DNA of 64,000 bases from Guillardia theta CCMP2712 (GCF_000315625.1 NW_005434605.1:114407-178406), one strand, 5' to 3'; positions 23,763 through 37,325 are shown, counted from the first letter of the stretch. Numbers and translations are program-made. The notes: generated by a model from the sequence alone, not told the origin.

Positions 23763-26700
23763 CTAGGCGAAGTTGAGGACAGCTTCGCCCCGATTGCCAA
23801 GAACATACCTGAAGAGTGTGAGAAGGAGGAGGGGGGGGAGGAGAAGGCACCTTTCCACGTACTTGTAGATCTGATCCTCTTCCTTGTGCGCGTGTAGGAA
23901 GGCTACGTAACGAGTCAGACTTCGCTTTCCCTGTCCCAGCCTGCCGTCTTCTCCTCTCCTCTTTGCTGTGCTCCTCCTTCTCTCCCATCTCCTCTTACTC
24001 CCCAGCTCACCCACCTGAGAACGATGCGACGGTTGCCTGCTCTACAAAAGCTATGCTCGAGTTCAGTATTTCAGAGTCCTTGAGCTGGGAAGAGAGCGAT
24101 TGGTAGGCGAAGCCGAGGTTCCTCGGCAGGTCGGAGTTGAAGCTTCGGCCTCTCAGTGCTCGACGAAGGTTCTCGAAGCGCTCGATGGCTGCGAGGAGGG
24201 GACGATGCGTGCTGTCCCTGCTGAGAGTTACAAGGGAGGAGGGGAGGGGAGGGGAGGAGAGGACCCGTGCTGCTTGCTCGAGGCCTTAAACAGGAAGAAG
24301 CCCTCCGACAGCAGAGACGTCCAGACGGACTTGAGGACAGCCTTTTCCCAGCTGTCTTCCAGGAAAGCAACGGAGACCGTGGCAGACCCTCGTCTCGCCT
24401 CCTCATAGTCCAACAGCTCGCCTGCTGCCTTCCTTGCCCGGACTGACCGGAGGGAGAGAAGGAGCCGCATGAGGGTGTTGGAGCGGATGGAGGGGACCGC
24501 AGCGCCAACTCGCAGCAGCTCAGCCAGGAACTTTCCCTTGTACAGAGCCGCCAGGCTTGTCCGATGCACTTCCTGCCAGGAGCAGCGGCCCTGCTTCTCC
24601 TCTCTCTGTCCTCCCTCACCCCCCTCGCAGGGCCAACCGAAGGGAAGGATCCTCTTCATGAGGCCGTAGGGGAGCGCCTGTACGCAGCCTGCTCCTCCTC
24701 TTCAGCCACGACACGCCGGAAAATCTCCAACACCTGGTCGATCTGCGACGCAAAGATCCTTGAGACCTGAAAGGTCAGGGAAGGCGAAGACTTGCTGACG
24801 TGGCGAAGTGGAAAAAGTGAAGCTGAGACATGGAAAAATCAGCGAGTAAACATCACAAAACACTGCAGATCCCAACCTCAATGCGTCCGCTAATGAGAGT
24901 TTTCCGGAAATTCCAGGTGGACAAGCGAAGCGCGACCGGTTTGACTGGCAGAGTTCATCGACGTACCTGCAACGAATCCATCTTCATTTCCCAATCAAAC
25001 ATGTAACATCCACAACCAGCTCGCAGACAACATACTCGGCTCGATGATGGACAAGTCTTCGCGCAGTCCCACGACAGCCTGCAGGTACCTCGCAACGTAC
25101 ATCTGACTGTCTCCCTGACAAACAACTTCGTGATCACTTGCGGGGCGCAAGTACATGGCCATCACTGATGCTCACGTGGACGAAGATGACGGAGAGCAGA
25201 GGCGCTGAATTCATGGCGCTTTCAACGTATCGCCTGACGAAGTCCAGGCTCGACCTGTCGACCTGAGGCCAAACGGCCCAGCACTTGCAGCAGATGACTG
25301 CCAAAGAAAGGACGGTAGACAGGATCAGCAGCATGTGATCGTTAATTTTCGTTGTCCTTGACATGCGGGGACTGACGATGCTGATGAAAGTGAAAAGGCG
25401 ATACGTGGTAAAGCTCATGAGGAAGTAACTACTCATTAAGGCCTGAGGGTTGGAAGGGGAAGGAGAGAGAGCACAGGGTCAGTCACATGCACAAAATCTT
25501 CACTGCGTGATGACCTGGGGCCAAAACCGCCGTAGGATGTACCGTGACGTAGAATCTTGACAATCAGTGTTGGCAAGATACAGAAAGATTGTGACGTGAG
25601 CAAAGAGAGATGAAATGACTACCAGCCCAACGATCTGAAAGGATTGCAAGCCTGCAGTCTTGTACCCTCCCGTCCACAGGAAAAACGCCCCCCACAGCGT
25701 TGCAAAGATCCCAAGATAGCTCGTCGACTCGCTGAGGTCGTGAAGGAAGAGGTGGAGACGGCAAAAATATCCGCTCGAGGTCCTCTGGAGGTCAAGGTCA
25801 AGGACATGCACAAGAAAAGCAGCTAGGTAGACACGGTTATCACATTAGGCACAAGCTGGAATGTGCCGTATTCTCGTCGAAAAAGATGACGGAAAAACCC
25901 TACAGGTGTTGAGACTTCTCGCCCACCCTGGACATCACAGTTTCAGTCAGGACTGTTGCTTGTGTTTGCTGAACTTGCTACCCAGGATCTCCATGGGGAA
26001 TTTGCCGAAGCCCAAGGCAAGTATAGATAAGGCAGCAGTCCAAACAAGAACCCACAAGTTGACAGCAGGAGTCTTGACGTCCATCCCTCCCCCCAAAACC
26101 TTGCAGTGCATCATGATGAGGTGTGATGGAAGGACTGGAACATCGAAAACCTCCGCGAGCAAAACACCCCGATGATAGCCGGAAGTGAAAGGAGTACCTA
26201 CAAACTTGTGAGCTCCTGCCCCCCCTGCCTCTTCTCATGAGCCTGACAGATGTATGCTGGTTACTTGCTCCTAGACCGCACGCAAACGCCCCGACGAGCA
26301 GAAACAAGTTGGAACCTCTCCTGGATGAATCTGCTCCCGCGAGTGTAACCGTTCAACATGAGATAGAGCGTGATACCATAGAATCGAACAAGAGAGTACA
26401 GGATACATGAACACACAAGGTTGTTCAAGGAGAACACCTGAGTCAGCTTCAACAAACATCCATTCTCTTGTTGCATGAAACAAGACTTACCTCCGCATGC
26501 GTGTACGCATGCCATACATGCTCATTGGTGGAAAACGCCATCGCGCCCACAAAGGCAGGAAGCATCACACGCAGAGCAAACTGCCCCGGTGCTTGTTTCG
26601 AGTTTGATTGGGAGAGTTCATGCTGGTAGGCCATCTTCAGCCAGCACGCGAGGGTCATGTACATTATCCCTCCTGTCAAGGACCCAAGACCCGCCGACAG

Positions 26701-26952
26701 CAGGTTTACTCTGTACGCCACATCCCAGCCCGTCGGCTCGAGCAGCTGAATGGTGGCTGCCGCCGCTAAAGTGTACAAGGGATAACCAGGAGGATGCGGC
26801 ACCGCGAGGTGGAAGGCTGCGGTGACAAGCTCGCCAGCGTCTCCTCCTGCAACGGTGGGATAGACCGTCCGGGTGAAGACGAAGAGAAGAAGCAGGGAGG
26901 CGAGCAAGGGCATGACGAGGCCCTCGCTATCATACTTGAGCCTACCAGCCAT
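23763..26952 (-). CDS. TMEM260: TMEM260/DUF2723 multi-pass membrane protein (GT-C type O-mannosyltransferase family); multi-exon
   Basis: Signature TVYPTVAGGDAGELVTAAFHLAVPHPPGYPLYTL...AYRVNLLSA. Later exons give AE|VFSLNN, LGASNQHTSV and RAD(YGT)-like segments with many transmembrane helices. The 3' end is tentative. Confidence 0.85.
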
Positions 26953-27262
26953 CCCTGCTGAAGGATGCCCGGCCTACTCGCCCTCACTCCCTCCTAACTT
27001 TGAACTTCCATGGGAGCATTTTATCTTTGAAAGCACTTGTCATTTTGTTTTTCGCTGCACCCGCTCTTTCAAAACCTGACGGTTTCAGTGAAAATGGCAC
27101 CCGGACCACCGAGTGGCCGGGCCGGGCCCCGGTTGATACCCGGAGTCTCGGAGTGCCACTGTACGGCCCGGGCCGAGTTGGGACCGTGACAGAGGATGCA
27201 ACCGTGCCAGCGCAGAGGAAAATAACGGTTGTGTAACCGTGGGTTCGAAAATTTGAGGGGAG

Positions 27263-28818
27263 ATGGCGACGTGCGCAATCTGCCTGGAAGCGGAGGGGGA
27301 GGGGGAAGAAGTGAGGGAGGGAGAGGAGAGGAGAGGTGAGGACGAGAAGGAGTATGCTTCCATCAACTGCTGCTCTCACAGATTCTGCTACGACTGCATT
27401 GTGGGCTGGGCACGTAGGAGGAAAACCTGTCCAGTTTGTCGAGCCAGCTTTTCCTCCATCACTGTTACGAGCAAGCATACTCAAGAGACCCGGACGCTTT
27501 CCGTCTTCGATGCTCTCATGGAGAAATATGGTGGATTGCACAGTGACGACGATGAAGATGATGAGGAAGAGATGTTCGATGGGTATGATGATGATTCAGA
27601 GGCCAGCCTATTTTCCCCTTGCCTTTCGGCTTCTTCCACCATATGTATCCCATGCTCGGCTACGATACAGACGACAGCTTCGTGGTCACAGATGAAGACC
27701 TCGACGACGAGTTGGAAGAAGACAGTGAGTATGAAGATGAAGACTCGGAAGCCGAAATCGGTGGGTTCGTCCCGCCACCGCAACAGTTGGAGGTGTTGTC
27801 GGCGATAATGGAGCAACAACGAAGGAGACGAGCGATGCAAGACCTTGAGCAAAGGATCCAGAGCATTCGGGAGCGAACAATGGCCTCGACTGGCAACGTT
27901 CAACAGAACAACTCGAATGCTTCGCAACCCAATGGGTGGGGCTCGAGGTCGAACCCTATCTGCATCGACGAACCGAGTCAAGAAGGAGCCTCTGCTGCAA
28001 ATCTGTGAGTTACCTTTGTTTATTTTCCTTACCATCTATATGACTCCCATCTTAGGCAAAAAGAGGGCAGGGCTGGGGCTGACCATCGTGGTAACTCGAC
28101 TTCCCGAACGCAAAACCAAGTTACCGCCGGAGCTGAATCCCAGAGGAAGCGCAAAGCTCAAGCCTCAGAGGAGATGACGAGCACCTCTTCATCATCGCTG
28201 TTGAACAACAAGCGTATGAAACAGACTCCTTTGGATTCAGAGGCGCAAACGAACACTTCGAACACATCTGAGCAACGGAGCAAGTTTTTCTCCTCGAGGA
28301 ACACAAACCGGGGCTCCAAATCATCTCAAATTGTTGCGGATGAGCCTGTACATGAAGATTACTTCGCTATGTGATATGCCGTTTCTGCGCCGATCCTGAT
28401 ACGTTGACGCGTGTTTCTTAGGGATGAAGAAGATGACGAAGAACAATGCAATTGCATCAATTGCACGATTACGAGGAAGCCAGAAACCGGTTTGTCTGGC
28501 AACAGGATTTTTGAGAATCAGTCAAACGCCTCTAACAGCAATCAGCAACCTACAACTCAGAGGAAGCGCAAGGCTCCGAGTACTGAATCCACCACCACAA
28601 GGAGGGTGACAAGACGGCAAGGCAACACAACAGCAAAGAATGACAAAAACCCAACCAACGGTTCCATGCTCTCAACTGGTAATGTGTCCAAAGGGGAACC
28701 TGTCAAAGTTGAAGATTCAAGTCATTGCAATCTGGGCGATAGAGGCGATGAAGCTACATCCTCAAGCACATCTCGCAAGGTACCGAGTTACGTTTCAAGA
28801 CGGACCAACCCCATTTAG
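27263..28818 (+). CDS. RING-finger (C3HC4) protein, putative E3 ligase; multi-exon
   Basis: CAICL...CSHRFCYDCIVGWARRRKTCPVCR, followed by acidic and low-complexity exons. Confidence 0.8.
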
Positions 28819-28944
28819 ACCCACAGTTTACAAGATCAATAGCGAATTTAAATGCTTCAGCACATCTATCATTCCCTGTTGGCAAAGTATGCAAGACACA
28901 AATGAAAGTACTGTAGGTCTTGTTCTGAGATCTACAAATAAAAA

Positions 28945-30360
28945 TTATTGTTGAGCTGGAGGTTGAGCAACATCCGAGGTCCATAATCTGCCAGATTGTC
29001 AGGGGTAAGCCTGGTGGAGAAGCATCCTTACGTGAGATTGTCTCGGAGTAGTTGCATGATAAGTGTCGCATCCTTGTAGGATTCCTCACTCAATGAATCC
29101 AGATCCGTTATGGCGTCATCAAAAGCCTGGAATGCATTGAACACAACACAGCGCAAAGAAACGGAGGACAGCATACTTGTTTCGCAAGCGCACATGCTTG
29201 CTCTGGCAGGCCAAGAATTTCGTAATAGAAAACAGAGAAGTTGAGAGCCAATCCCAACCTAAACAAGAAAGTTAATTGCACCGGAGGAACAGACGAAACC
29301 CCCAAACCGGATGGGATGTGTAGTGGCAAGATGCTCTACAGCGATGTCTTGAGCGGCGCTGTAAGCTTTTAGAGCAGCATCCGATGCTGCCTTCCTCATG
29401 TCCGCAGAAGCCACTTCTGCAAGATACCTAGTTCGAAAGGACTTAAGCGAGGTGAGAAGGATGCACATGCATGAATACCTCCAGTAGTCACCATGCATCT
29501 TGAGATAAAAGACCTTGACAACCAGTTGTCAGCATTGCAAGCAGACTATGTAATAGGGCAAGTAGAGAAGTTGAGAAGCATACTTTGGGTTCGTCCTCCT
29601 TGGCAGACGGAATGAGAAATTTGTCGAGAAGGGAAATGATATCACGACAAACATCGGACAGCTCTCCCTCAACTTTTGCGAGGTACTCGCGGATCAGCGC
29701 TAATTTCTCCTCATCTGTATAACAGCCCCATGAGACGGATACATTCCGGAACCAAGAGCAATCAAGAACACAACAGCACAAACACACAGGGACAAGCTCT
29801 CACCTGTTTCTTTTTGCTCGATGGATGAAATGATTTTCCAACTGTTCAACAAGGTTAATCTTTGAAGGACTTGGAGGGGAGCAAGAAAGTTGCTGCACTC
29901 AGATTTGTGGGCATCACCTTGCACGACGAGTTCCGACGACATTCTTGTACGCCACAGAGAGTAGGCTTCGTTCCTCAACGGTCAGGTCTACCCCCATCTT
30001 GGCAATGGATCTTGTGGCCTTCACCATCTCATCATATCGTTCTGCCTGTTCTGCAATCTTTGCCATGTAAACCTTCGAATCACTGAAATGAAATCAATGA
30101 GCTCGAAAAGTGAAACTGAGACAAAGCGATTTTCACCGGCTCAAATTCTCATATTGCTGGTCGGCCGCAGGATCTTCACCATCGACGCCACCTCTGAGCC
30201 TCAAAGCAAAAACTTTCGCTGCTAGCGATGTAGACCGGGAGGGCCTGCTTTGAAGAAGCTTGGTTGGGAATGGAGAGGAAAGCGATGACGAGGAAGCCAC
30301 GGTCAAAATCTCCAATGCGACCATCAGCAAAATGATCGTGGTCCCACTTCTCAGAAGCAT
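28945..30360 (-). CDS. 14-3-3 protein with an N-terminal signal peptide and a leader ending in LRLRGG; multi-exon
   Basis: Exons give [47 protein letters not shown]|RYLAEV, THPI|[16 protein letters not shown] and [20 protein letters not shown]|LWTSD. Exon 1 is [23 protein letters not shown]...[13 protein letters not shown]. Confidence 0.95.
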
Positions 30361-30669
30361 GATGGAAAGTGTCCGATAAAATATGAGATCACACAGACGA
30401 TCAGAGAGATTTTCTCCCTCTCAGTGTCAGATTGTTTAGGTAGATAGGGGAAGGGCGAACTACAGGCACCCACTCCGCCTTCTTTCTCCTCGGAACAAGA
30501 GTGCAATACAAGAAAGCTCCTGGACAAGAGAGACGGTCCGAGAAGAGATATTCTCTTTTCTCCTTGGAACTGCGATTCTTTTGATGGTTCTTGACCTCTT
30601 CTCCTCCTTCTTTTTCTAACTTCTCTTCCTTGTCTTACGCTTTCATCTGCATTCCGCGCCGCTGCTGCT

Positions 30670-31085
30670 TGACCACCCACCCCCTATTTGTCTCCGTCAT
30701 ACACCCTCACCCTGTCCAAACCAAAAGACTACCCTACCCGACAGGTATGTTGGTCCCACCACACCCCAACTTTGCATACCCACCCCCTCGAACAAATCTC
30801 TTCAAGGTCTTGTCCTACCAGAGTTTCACACCCCCTACCTACCTTTTAAGGTATACCCCTTTCTAAATCCTCCATACCCCACCCCTACCGGATCTACTCG
30901 AATTCACTACCCTTCCCATTTGGCAAATATTGGCACCCCCCCGGTCTGTCTTTGACCCCACTTTGACCAAAGACTACCCCTCCAGATGTCATCAAACACT
31001 TATGATTTCGATACACCCCTCAATTACCCCACCCTATCATCGAACACATCTGGTGTACCCCCACCCCCTGGATTGCGACCTCCTT
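30670..31085 (-). other. Strand-skewed ACCC-rich (GGGT on minus strand) non-tandem intergenic tract
   Basis: Dense ACCC/ACCCC words with no credible ORF. Upstream of the 14-3-3 gene. Confidence 0.7.
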
Positions 31086-31897
31086 CCGAAAAATGAAGAA
31101 GATAAAAATGATTCGAGCGGAATCATCGAGAAGAAAACGAGAGGAAATGCTGAGGAAAAGAGATGAACAGGTCAACGTGAGAAAGGGTCAGGGAGAGGAA
31201 GATCGAGAGCTAGAGTTTCAAGAGGGGGAGACAGGAAGCTATGAGTGAAATTGACAGAAAAGTTTTTTTCAGGCAGGCTGCAGGATGTTGGTAATGGCAA
31301 CAGTCGAAAGGGGGTTGAAGGAGAGAAAGACAGAAAACGAAATCGAATAAATGAAAATGAGAGGGTGAGATGCGAACATGACAAGAGAACATACAGGAAT
31401 TCTGCAGGACAGGATACGACAGGTACGAAGAGAGGAATCCGGCAATAATAATCGAGAAAAGAAATAGTGAGGAGGACAGCAAGGGAACATGAAGAGAGTG
31501 AAGGCATGATTCTCATCGATATAGCAGAAGCGAGTCAGTTACTTGTGAGGAGGAATGATCTAGAACCGTTAAAATCGATCAAACATCTGTACAGCGAACA
31601 ACCGTCGCAATACATTCTGGTGCTGCCTTTCCCCATACGACGAACCTGCTGCTCAGCATCACACAATGACATTTTGCTCCATGCATGGAAACAACGGTCA
31701 CTGATAGAAACAACTGGCCAGTGACTGTTGTCAACACCTTGCCTGAGCATCTCGTCACTTTATTTGTTTTGCTTGCTTGTGCTGCTGAATCAGAGTGAAG
31801 GCAGACAACGTGTGCTGAAGTTGAGAGCTTACTCTCGCATACGTCTCCCTGAATGTTCATTTACCTCTTACAATGACCCTTTCATTGTGTTCCAGAA

Positions 31898-32030
31898 CAT
31901 CTAGTTGAACAATGTTGTATTCGAGCGAGCTACTTGAACATCGCATTTACTCAAAATTAAGTTTTGAACCATGTTGTATTCTAGAAGATCTACTTGAACC
32001 ATGTTGCATGATAGCAGATCTAGTTGACTA
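31898..32030 (+). repeat. Degenerate ~30-bp minisatellite (ATCTASTTGAACCATGTTGTATT...) containing a variant of the AACTTAAC element
   Basis: About four degenerate units. 31946-31963 is the reverse complement of AACTTAATTTTGAGTAAA, one mismatch from the recurring element. Confidence 0.75.
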
Positions 32031-32521
32031 CTCTCCAATAAAAGCTGCTCGCTCACGTCGCTCGGCCGGGCCGAATTCCGATGATTCTTAAAATAGTTCG
32101 TACTCACCGTTGAACACCCAGGCGGGTGCCGCATCTTGTGCCAGGCCTCCGAGGCTCGGCGCCATCGCCTGTCACATACCTGCTTGGGGCCCTTGATGCC
32201 CCATAGCCCTGCCCACAGCAAGCAGGCGCGCATAGCCCTGGCAGCGCATCTGCAGCGCAATGATAGCCAGCAGCTACTGCGGCCAGCAGTGCGGCCCGGC
32301 CCAGAGTGCCTGCCAGAGTGCGCTGCAGAGCTGGCTGCAGAGTGCGGTCAGGCTGCCAGCCGGGGTTGGCCCGCCGACAAGTTCCGACTTGAGTGGGCGG
32401 CCAGTCATGTCAAATTGAACGGCGATGGAGCTGGACCGAGGGGCTGGTAGGGGGAGGGAGGAGAGAGGAAGGAAGCAGCAGGATCGAGCAGAGGATTGGG
32501 TTAGGACGTGCTGAACCCTTG

Positions 32522-35500
32522 ATGTTGCAACGGAGCAAGTCATTGAACGTGAATCCAACCAGCTTGCTGCATGTCGAGAAGGACCAGATTCTCGAGTTCA
32601 AGGTCTGTGAAGTATGTTGATGACTGCGGGTGACGGTCGGAGGCAGGCGCTGTTGAGGACATGCCTCTGCGAGCTCGAGGCCGACCTGAAGAGGCTCGTC
32701 GAAGCAGGCACAAGTGACAAGGGTTTCTTGGGACTGACTCTCACAGGAACCAAAGTCACTACAGTAATCTCCGGATCCCCGGCCGCTCAACCTGTGACGG
32801 GAAGTCCTCTCCGACCAGGAGACGACCTCTTGAGAGTCAATGGCGTCTCTTTCAAGGCCGAGAGGAGCTCAGCGATGATCTCCAAGGCCGTCAGGAATTC
32901 TTTAGACGACAACCATGGCACGCTGCGCATAGAGTGCAGAAGAAAAAGTTCCCTCACCGTGGATACCGTCGTCTGCTGCCTAGCTGCTTCTAGCTCCCCG
33001 CTCTCTTCTGCCTGCCATGCGCTCACTGCCGCTGTGTTGGAGACGATGAACCCCTCAAATGCGAACAGAGCCCCTGCTCCAGCAGTCGCCGAGCAGATCC
33101 AGCAGCTGGCCAAGCACCTCCTGTCCTTGTCGACATCTCATGAGGAGGAGATCCGCCGGACCATCGACAAGTCGACTTCTTGCCTGGCTCACCTCCTCGA
33201 GCTGGTGGAGGACTTCGAGCTCAAGGCATGCAAACCAGCGCTGGTGAGCCATCATCGTGTGTTGTTCGTTTGCTCCACAGTGCTTCCTTGACACCAGACC
33301 TTGCAGAAGTGTAACGGCAAAGATGAGGATCATGACGGCCCAGCGTCGGAGGAGGTACTGAGCTTGCTCAAGTGCGTGTGAGTTGTTGCTGATCGAGATG
33401 GGAAGCAGGAGAATGCGGGGGAGAGCGCAAAGGCGATGCGAGAGAGTCAAGCGCTTGTCAAGGAGCTGCAGGAGAGGCTGAAAGTCTCGGAGATGAAGCT
33501 CAAGGAGATGAAGCAGTCGAACGAAAGCAAGTTGAAGAAGGAACAGCTGAGGCTTGAGCAGCTCAAGATGGAGTTGCAAAGGGAGTTTGATGAGAAGCTA
33601 ATGAACAGACTCCGTGAGGACGAGGAAGCGTTAGAGCGATGCAAGCAGGAGTACATGTGCAAGGTCCGCGATGATCTTTCAGAGCTGAGTCGTCGGAACA
33701 AGTCCGGTCTGCAGGAATTGAATCAGAAGGCACAGGAGCTTGAGGGTTGCATCAGGAATTTCAGCATCGACGTACAATCCTCTGTACGTTCAGCGAATCA
33801 AGAACTGGACATTGTGCGTTGTCAAGTGCGAGAGAGTATGAAGACAAAGTCTTGGTATCTAAAGCAATGGACCTCAAGTTTGAAGACAAGTAAACATATT
33901 TCTTCAATGCTATTGAGGTCTCGACACAAGGTTTGTTTGGCTTCCTTCCTCAAATGGAGAGGTGCGTGTACATACATCAAGACCGTGCTTGACATGGCAA
34001 ATTTCGTGGGTAGCAACATGATTGGGCTATCAAGAATGCAGCAAGATATTCTTGTCTACCTCTTCTGTGATTTGAATCGTGCCCAATCTTTGAAAAGGAG
34101 AACTTTCAGCGTTGAGGAGATTCTCAGGCGATGGAAAGATTTGATAAGAAGGACAAGTTATGTTGACAAGCTGGACGTCATCTTTCGTAGGAACATCTCC
34201 CGCCGCATTCTTGACATGTGGACTAGAGGACGGATGCTGAGATCAGACCACAGGCTTCGCGTCAAGATATCAAAGAAGTTGTGTCGTACCGGTCACCTGC
34301 GGATCAGCAACATGCTCTTCGCTGCTTGGTCTCGATTTGTCAAGATGGCCTCTTTCTTTTTTCACAAGACATCTCAAAGGATCTGCCAGAAGTTTTTCAA
34401 GTCCTGGAGCTCTCTGACAAGGATGAAAGTCAAATTGTTTTCCAACACAAACGTCAAGATGTTGAAGAGATGCTTCATGTCAAGTTACAGCTTCTTCCAG
34501 AGGTGGAAGTTGATTTTCTCGCTGAAAGGAAAGAAGAGCTTGTCGTTGAAGTTGAAAGAGAAAACGAGCTTGAAGAAACTACAAAGTATGATGTTGCAGT
34601 GGGCAAAGAGGGTAAGGACAATGACAGCTTGCAAAGCTCTTGCAAATTCAAGAGAGATGAGATTCACAAGTTTGTGCCTGCGGAGCTGGTCGAAAACCAG
34701 CAACACGGAGAGTAGGAGGAAGTTGAGTTGGATGCGATCACAAGCAAGACTGAGTGATCAGGTTTGCAAGAAGGTCATCTTTGCCTGGAAGGTCGACATG
34801 TTTGTGAGGAAGAAAGATGAAAAGCACATCATATTCTTGCTCTCTCGCAGACAATGTTGGTTGTTGAAACAAACTCTGCGCAGATGGGCGAGATACTGTG
34901 AGATGATGACTGAAGTGTACAGCAAGATCACGGTGAAGTCAGAGATGGGCATTTCTTTCTCTCTGTCTTGTTTCCTCTCCTGGAGATTCTTCACCCTCCA
35001 ACAGCGCAGCGTTTCATTCAAACTCCGGCAGATAGACAGGGTCAAATCGTTGAAGGCATTTCACACTGTTTTTGACCGATGGAGGATTTGTTGTTTCTCA
35101 TCGAGAATGGCCTTGAGGCACATGAAGGCATTCTTTACACTCTGGAAAATTTTCTTCAGGTCACGAGCAAGAACGAACGATTTCCTTGCTTTCATCTCCT
35201 CGCAGAGCAGGCAGAATTTCCTGCACAATGTGCTCATTTGTTGGAGATGGTTTGCAGATCATGGAAACAAGGGCGAAGACGTGTGTTGTGCGATGATGAG
35301 ACGACAGTCGAAGCTATCAATCATGCAGTCATTCAGCAGATGGAAGAAGGCGGCTCTTGTGGTATCATACCATCTGTCTGAGATGAACATCAACAAAACG
35401 AACCACCAGACAATCAAGAAATGTTTCTCCCTCTGGTCGGAAGAGATCGCCAGAAAGAAGCACAACCTTCGTATCTTTCAACACCAGAGGCAGAGGCAGG

Positions 35501-36864
35501 CAAGCTCGAAGTCCTTCTGGCGATGGCTCTCGTGCTATCGGGACTTGTCCTACCGCACAGAAAGGTCCGAGCTCTTCTCTGCTTCCCTCCTCAATCGCCG
35601 ACGGCTGAGCTCTTACTTGACTTGGAGGGAGCGGACCAGGCGGAAGATCTCGCTGCGTCGGCTGATGCTTGTCCTGCAATCGAGACTGTCCCGTCGGAGG
35701 AAGGAAGAAGCGTTAGAGGCGTTCTTGGAAAGTTCCCGTCGACTTACAAACCTTCTTGACAACATCCAGCGCCTCCTGGAGAAAGCTCTGCGTCATTGGA
35801 GGTCCAAGGCAAGGTTTGCCTTCAGGCTGGAATTCTCCTCTTTGCATTCAAACTTACAGCAAGAAGGTTTCAAGTTGGTACGAAGATCGCGGCGGTACGT
35901 CACTCTGGAAGACGATTCAGTCGCTATCGTCGTTCCTTTGTCGGTTCGTCCCAAACTCTTGGGGGGAGGTGACGAGGAGACTATCTTTCTCTTCCTCTGC
36001 TTCCATCACTGGAGCACGGCGATATCCAGGGACGACCTCCTTCCTTCCACAAGAGCCCTCGTCACCTCCCGGTCTCGTCGCTGCTCGCGCCTCTCCTTCC
36101 TGACATGGCGTTATACTGTTTCTCGTCGACGAAGACAGGAGGGCGGGACGAGCATATGGAGGAGGAGAGTGCTGGTAGCGGCGCTCGTGCGGTGGAAGAC
36201 CTTTGCTCGCGCCAGGCATCACGACAGGAGGATCCTAAGGAACCTTGAGCGTCGGCGAGAACTCTTCCTCCTCTCCTCCTTCCTGGACGATTGGAGCACA
36301 GCTCTTGCGCTGAGGGAGAAGGGAGACTCTGCAAGGAGGAGGAGGCAGAGTCTTGCTGATCGCGTGCTGGCCCTGTACGAGCAGGAGGATCAGGTGTGGA
36401 TGGAGCGACTCTTTGAGCGATGGCGATTTCAATGGCTGCGGGCGAAGACGACGTCGGCGCCGCCCCCTCTTCCCTCCCCACCACCTTGCATCCATCCCAC
36501 CTCAAAGGATCAGCAGTGGCAGTGCTTGCTCGAGCTCTTCGTCCCCTTCACACATGTTCGCTCCTACCGCAAGATCTCTTTCAACCTCTGGAGGCACGCG
36601 CGACCTATGCCGGCGGCCTGTGTATGGACCCGACTCCTCCTTTTCCTCCTCTACAAGCACAGGGATCACCGTACCTCCTCGGTGCTTGCAGCATGGCAGG
36701 AGGAGTCGGAGAAGAAGGTCAGGAGGTTGAAGGGGGAGGAGCTCCTCCGGCAGCGCTTGCAGGAGAGAAGGATGGTCCTGATCCTAGTGACTTGGCGTTT
36801 CTGCGTCTACAGAGAGAGAGGAGGAGCGAGCGGAAGAGGAGCGAGCGGGAGGTTGTCGTTGTAA
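32522..36864 (+). CDS. Large PDZ + coiled-coil + Sfi1-like (Trp-repeat) protein; multi-exon
   Basis: PDZ-like GFLGLTLTGTKVTTVISGSPAA...LRPGDDLLRVNGV, then a coiled coil, then a 3.4-kb exon with many F/L-x-x-W-K/R motifs (SFLKWR, LFAAWS, FFKSWS, FFQRWK, IFAWK, VFDRWR) typical of centrin-binding Sfi1-like proteins. Confidence 0.75.
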
Positions 36865-37325
36865 CTCAGTGTAGATGAACTTTCATGATATGATCTAAGT
36901 TCACCTTTGACTCTGCTGTCTTCCGAAGCCTCCAACCGTTTCCGAGTCACAATGACCGCCGGCGTATACCCAGTCGGGCTCCGGGCCCCGGGTCAGCGAG
37001 AAGCTGCACTGCGGCAGTGCGCCGGGCTGGCCGAGCGCCTTCCGAAGCCAAGTTTGGGCCTCAGTGCACTTGGAAGGAACTTCAGAACTTCGGAACTTCA
37101 AACTTTCAACTTTTTAAAGTTCAAAAACACTCGGATCATGAACCCCGGCCAATTCATGGCGATCGGACGGTTGGGCAGGGATAGCGATGGAGGCGGAGGA
37201 AGAGACAAGGTGGAGGGGGCGAGAGGAGGTTCCTTGCACTTGTACATGCTCGAGGGAGAGATGCTGGCTCTTCGAAAGCTGTAACCCTCCATCCCCCGCT
37301 TCTCTCACGCCCCACCTCCTTAGCA

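Noticed and set aside
31100-31890. Small ORFs between the 14-3-3 and PDZ/Sfi1 genes
   Set aside because: Short, with no domain signal and no consistent exon chain that I could build.
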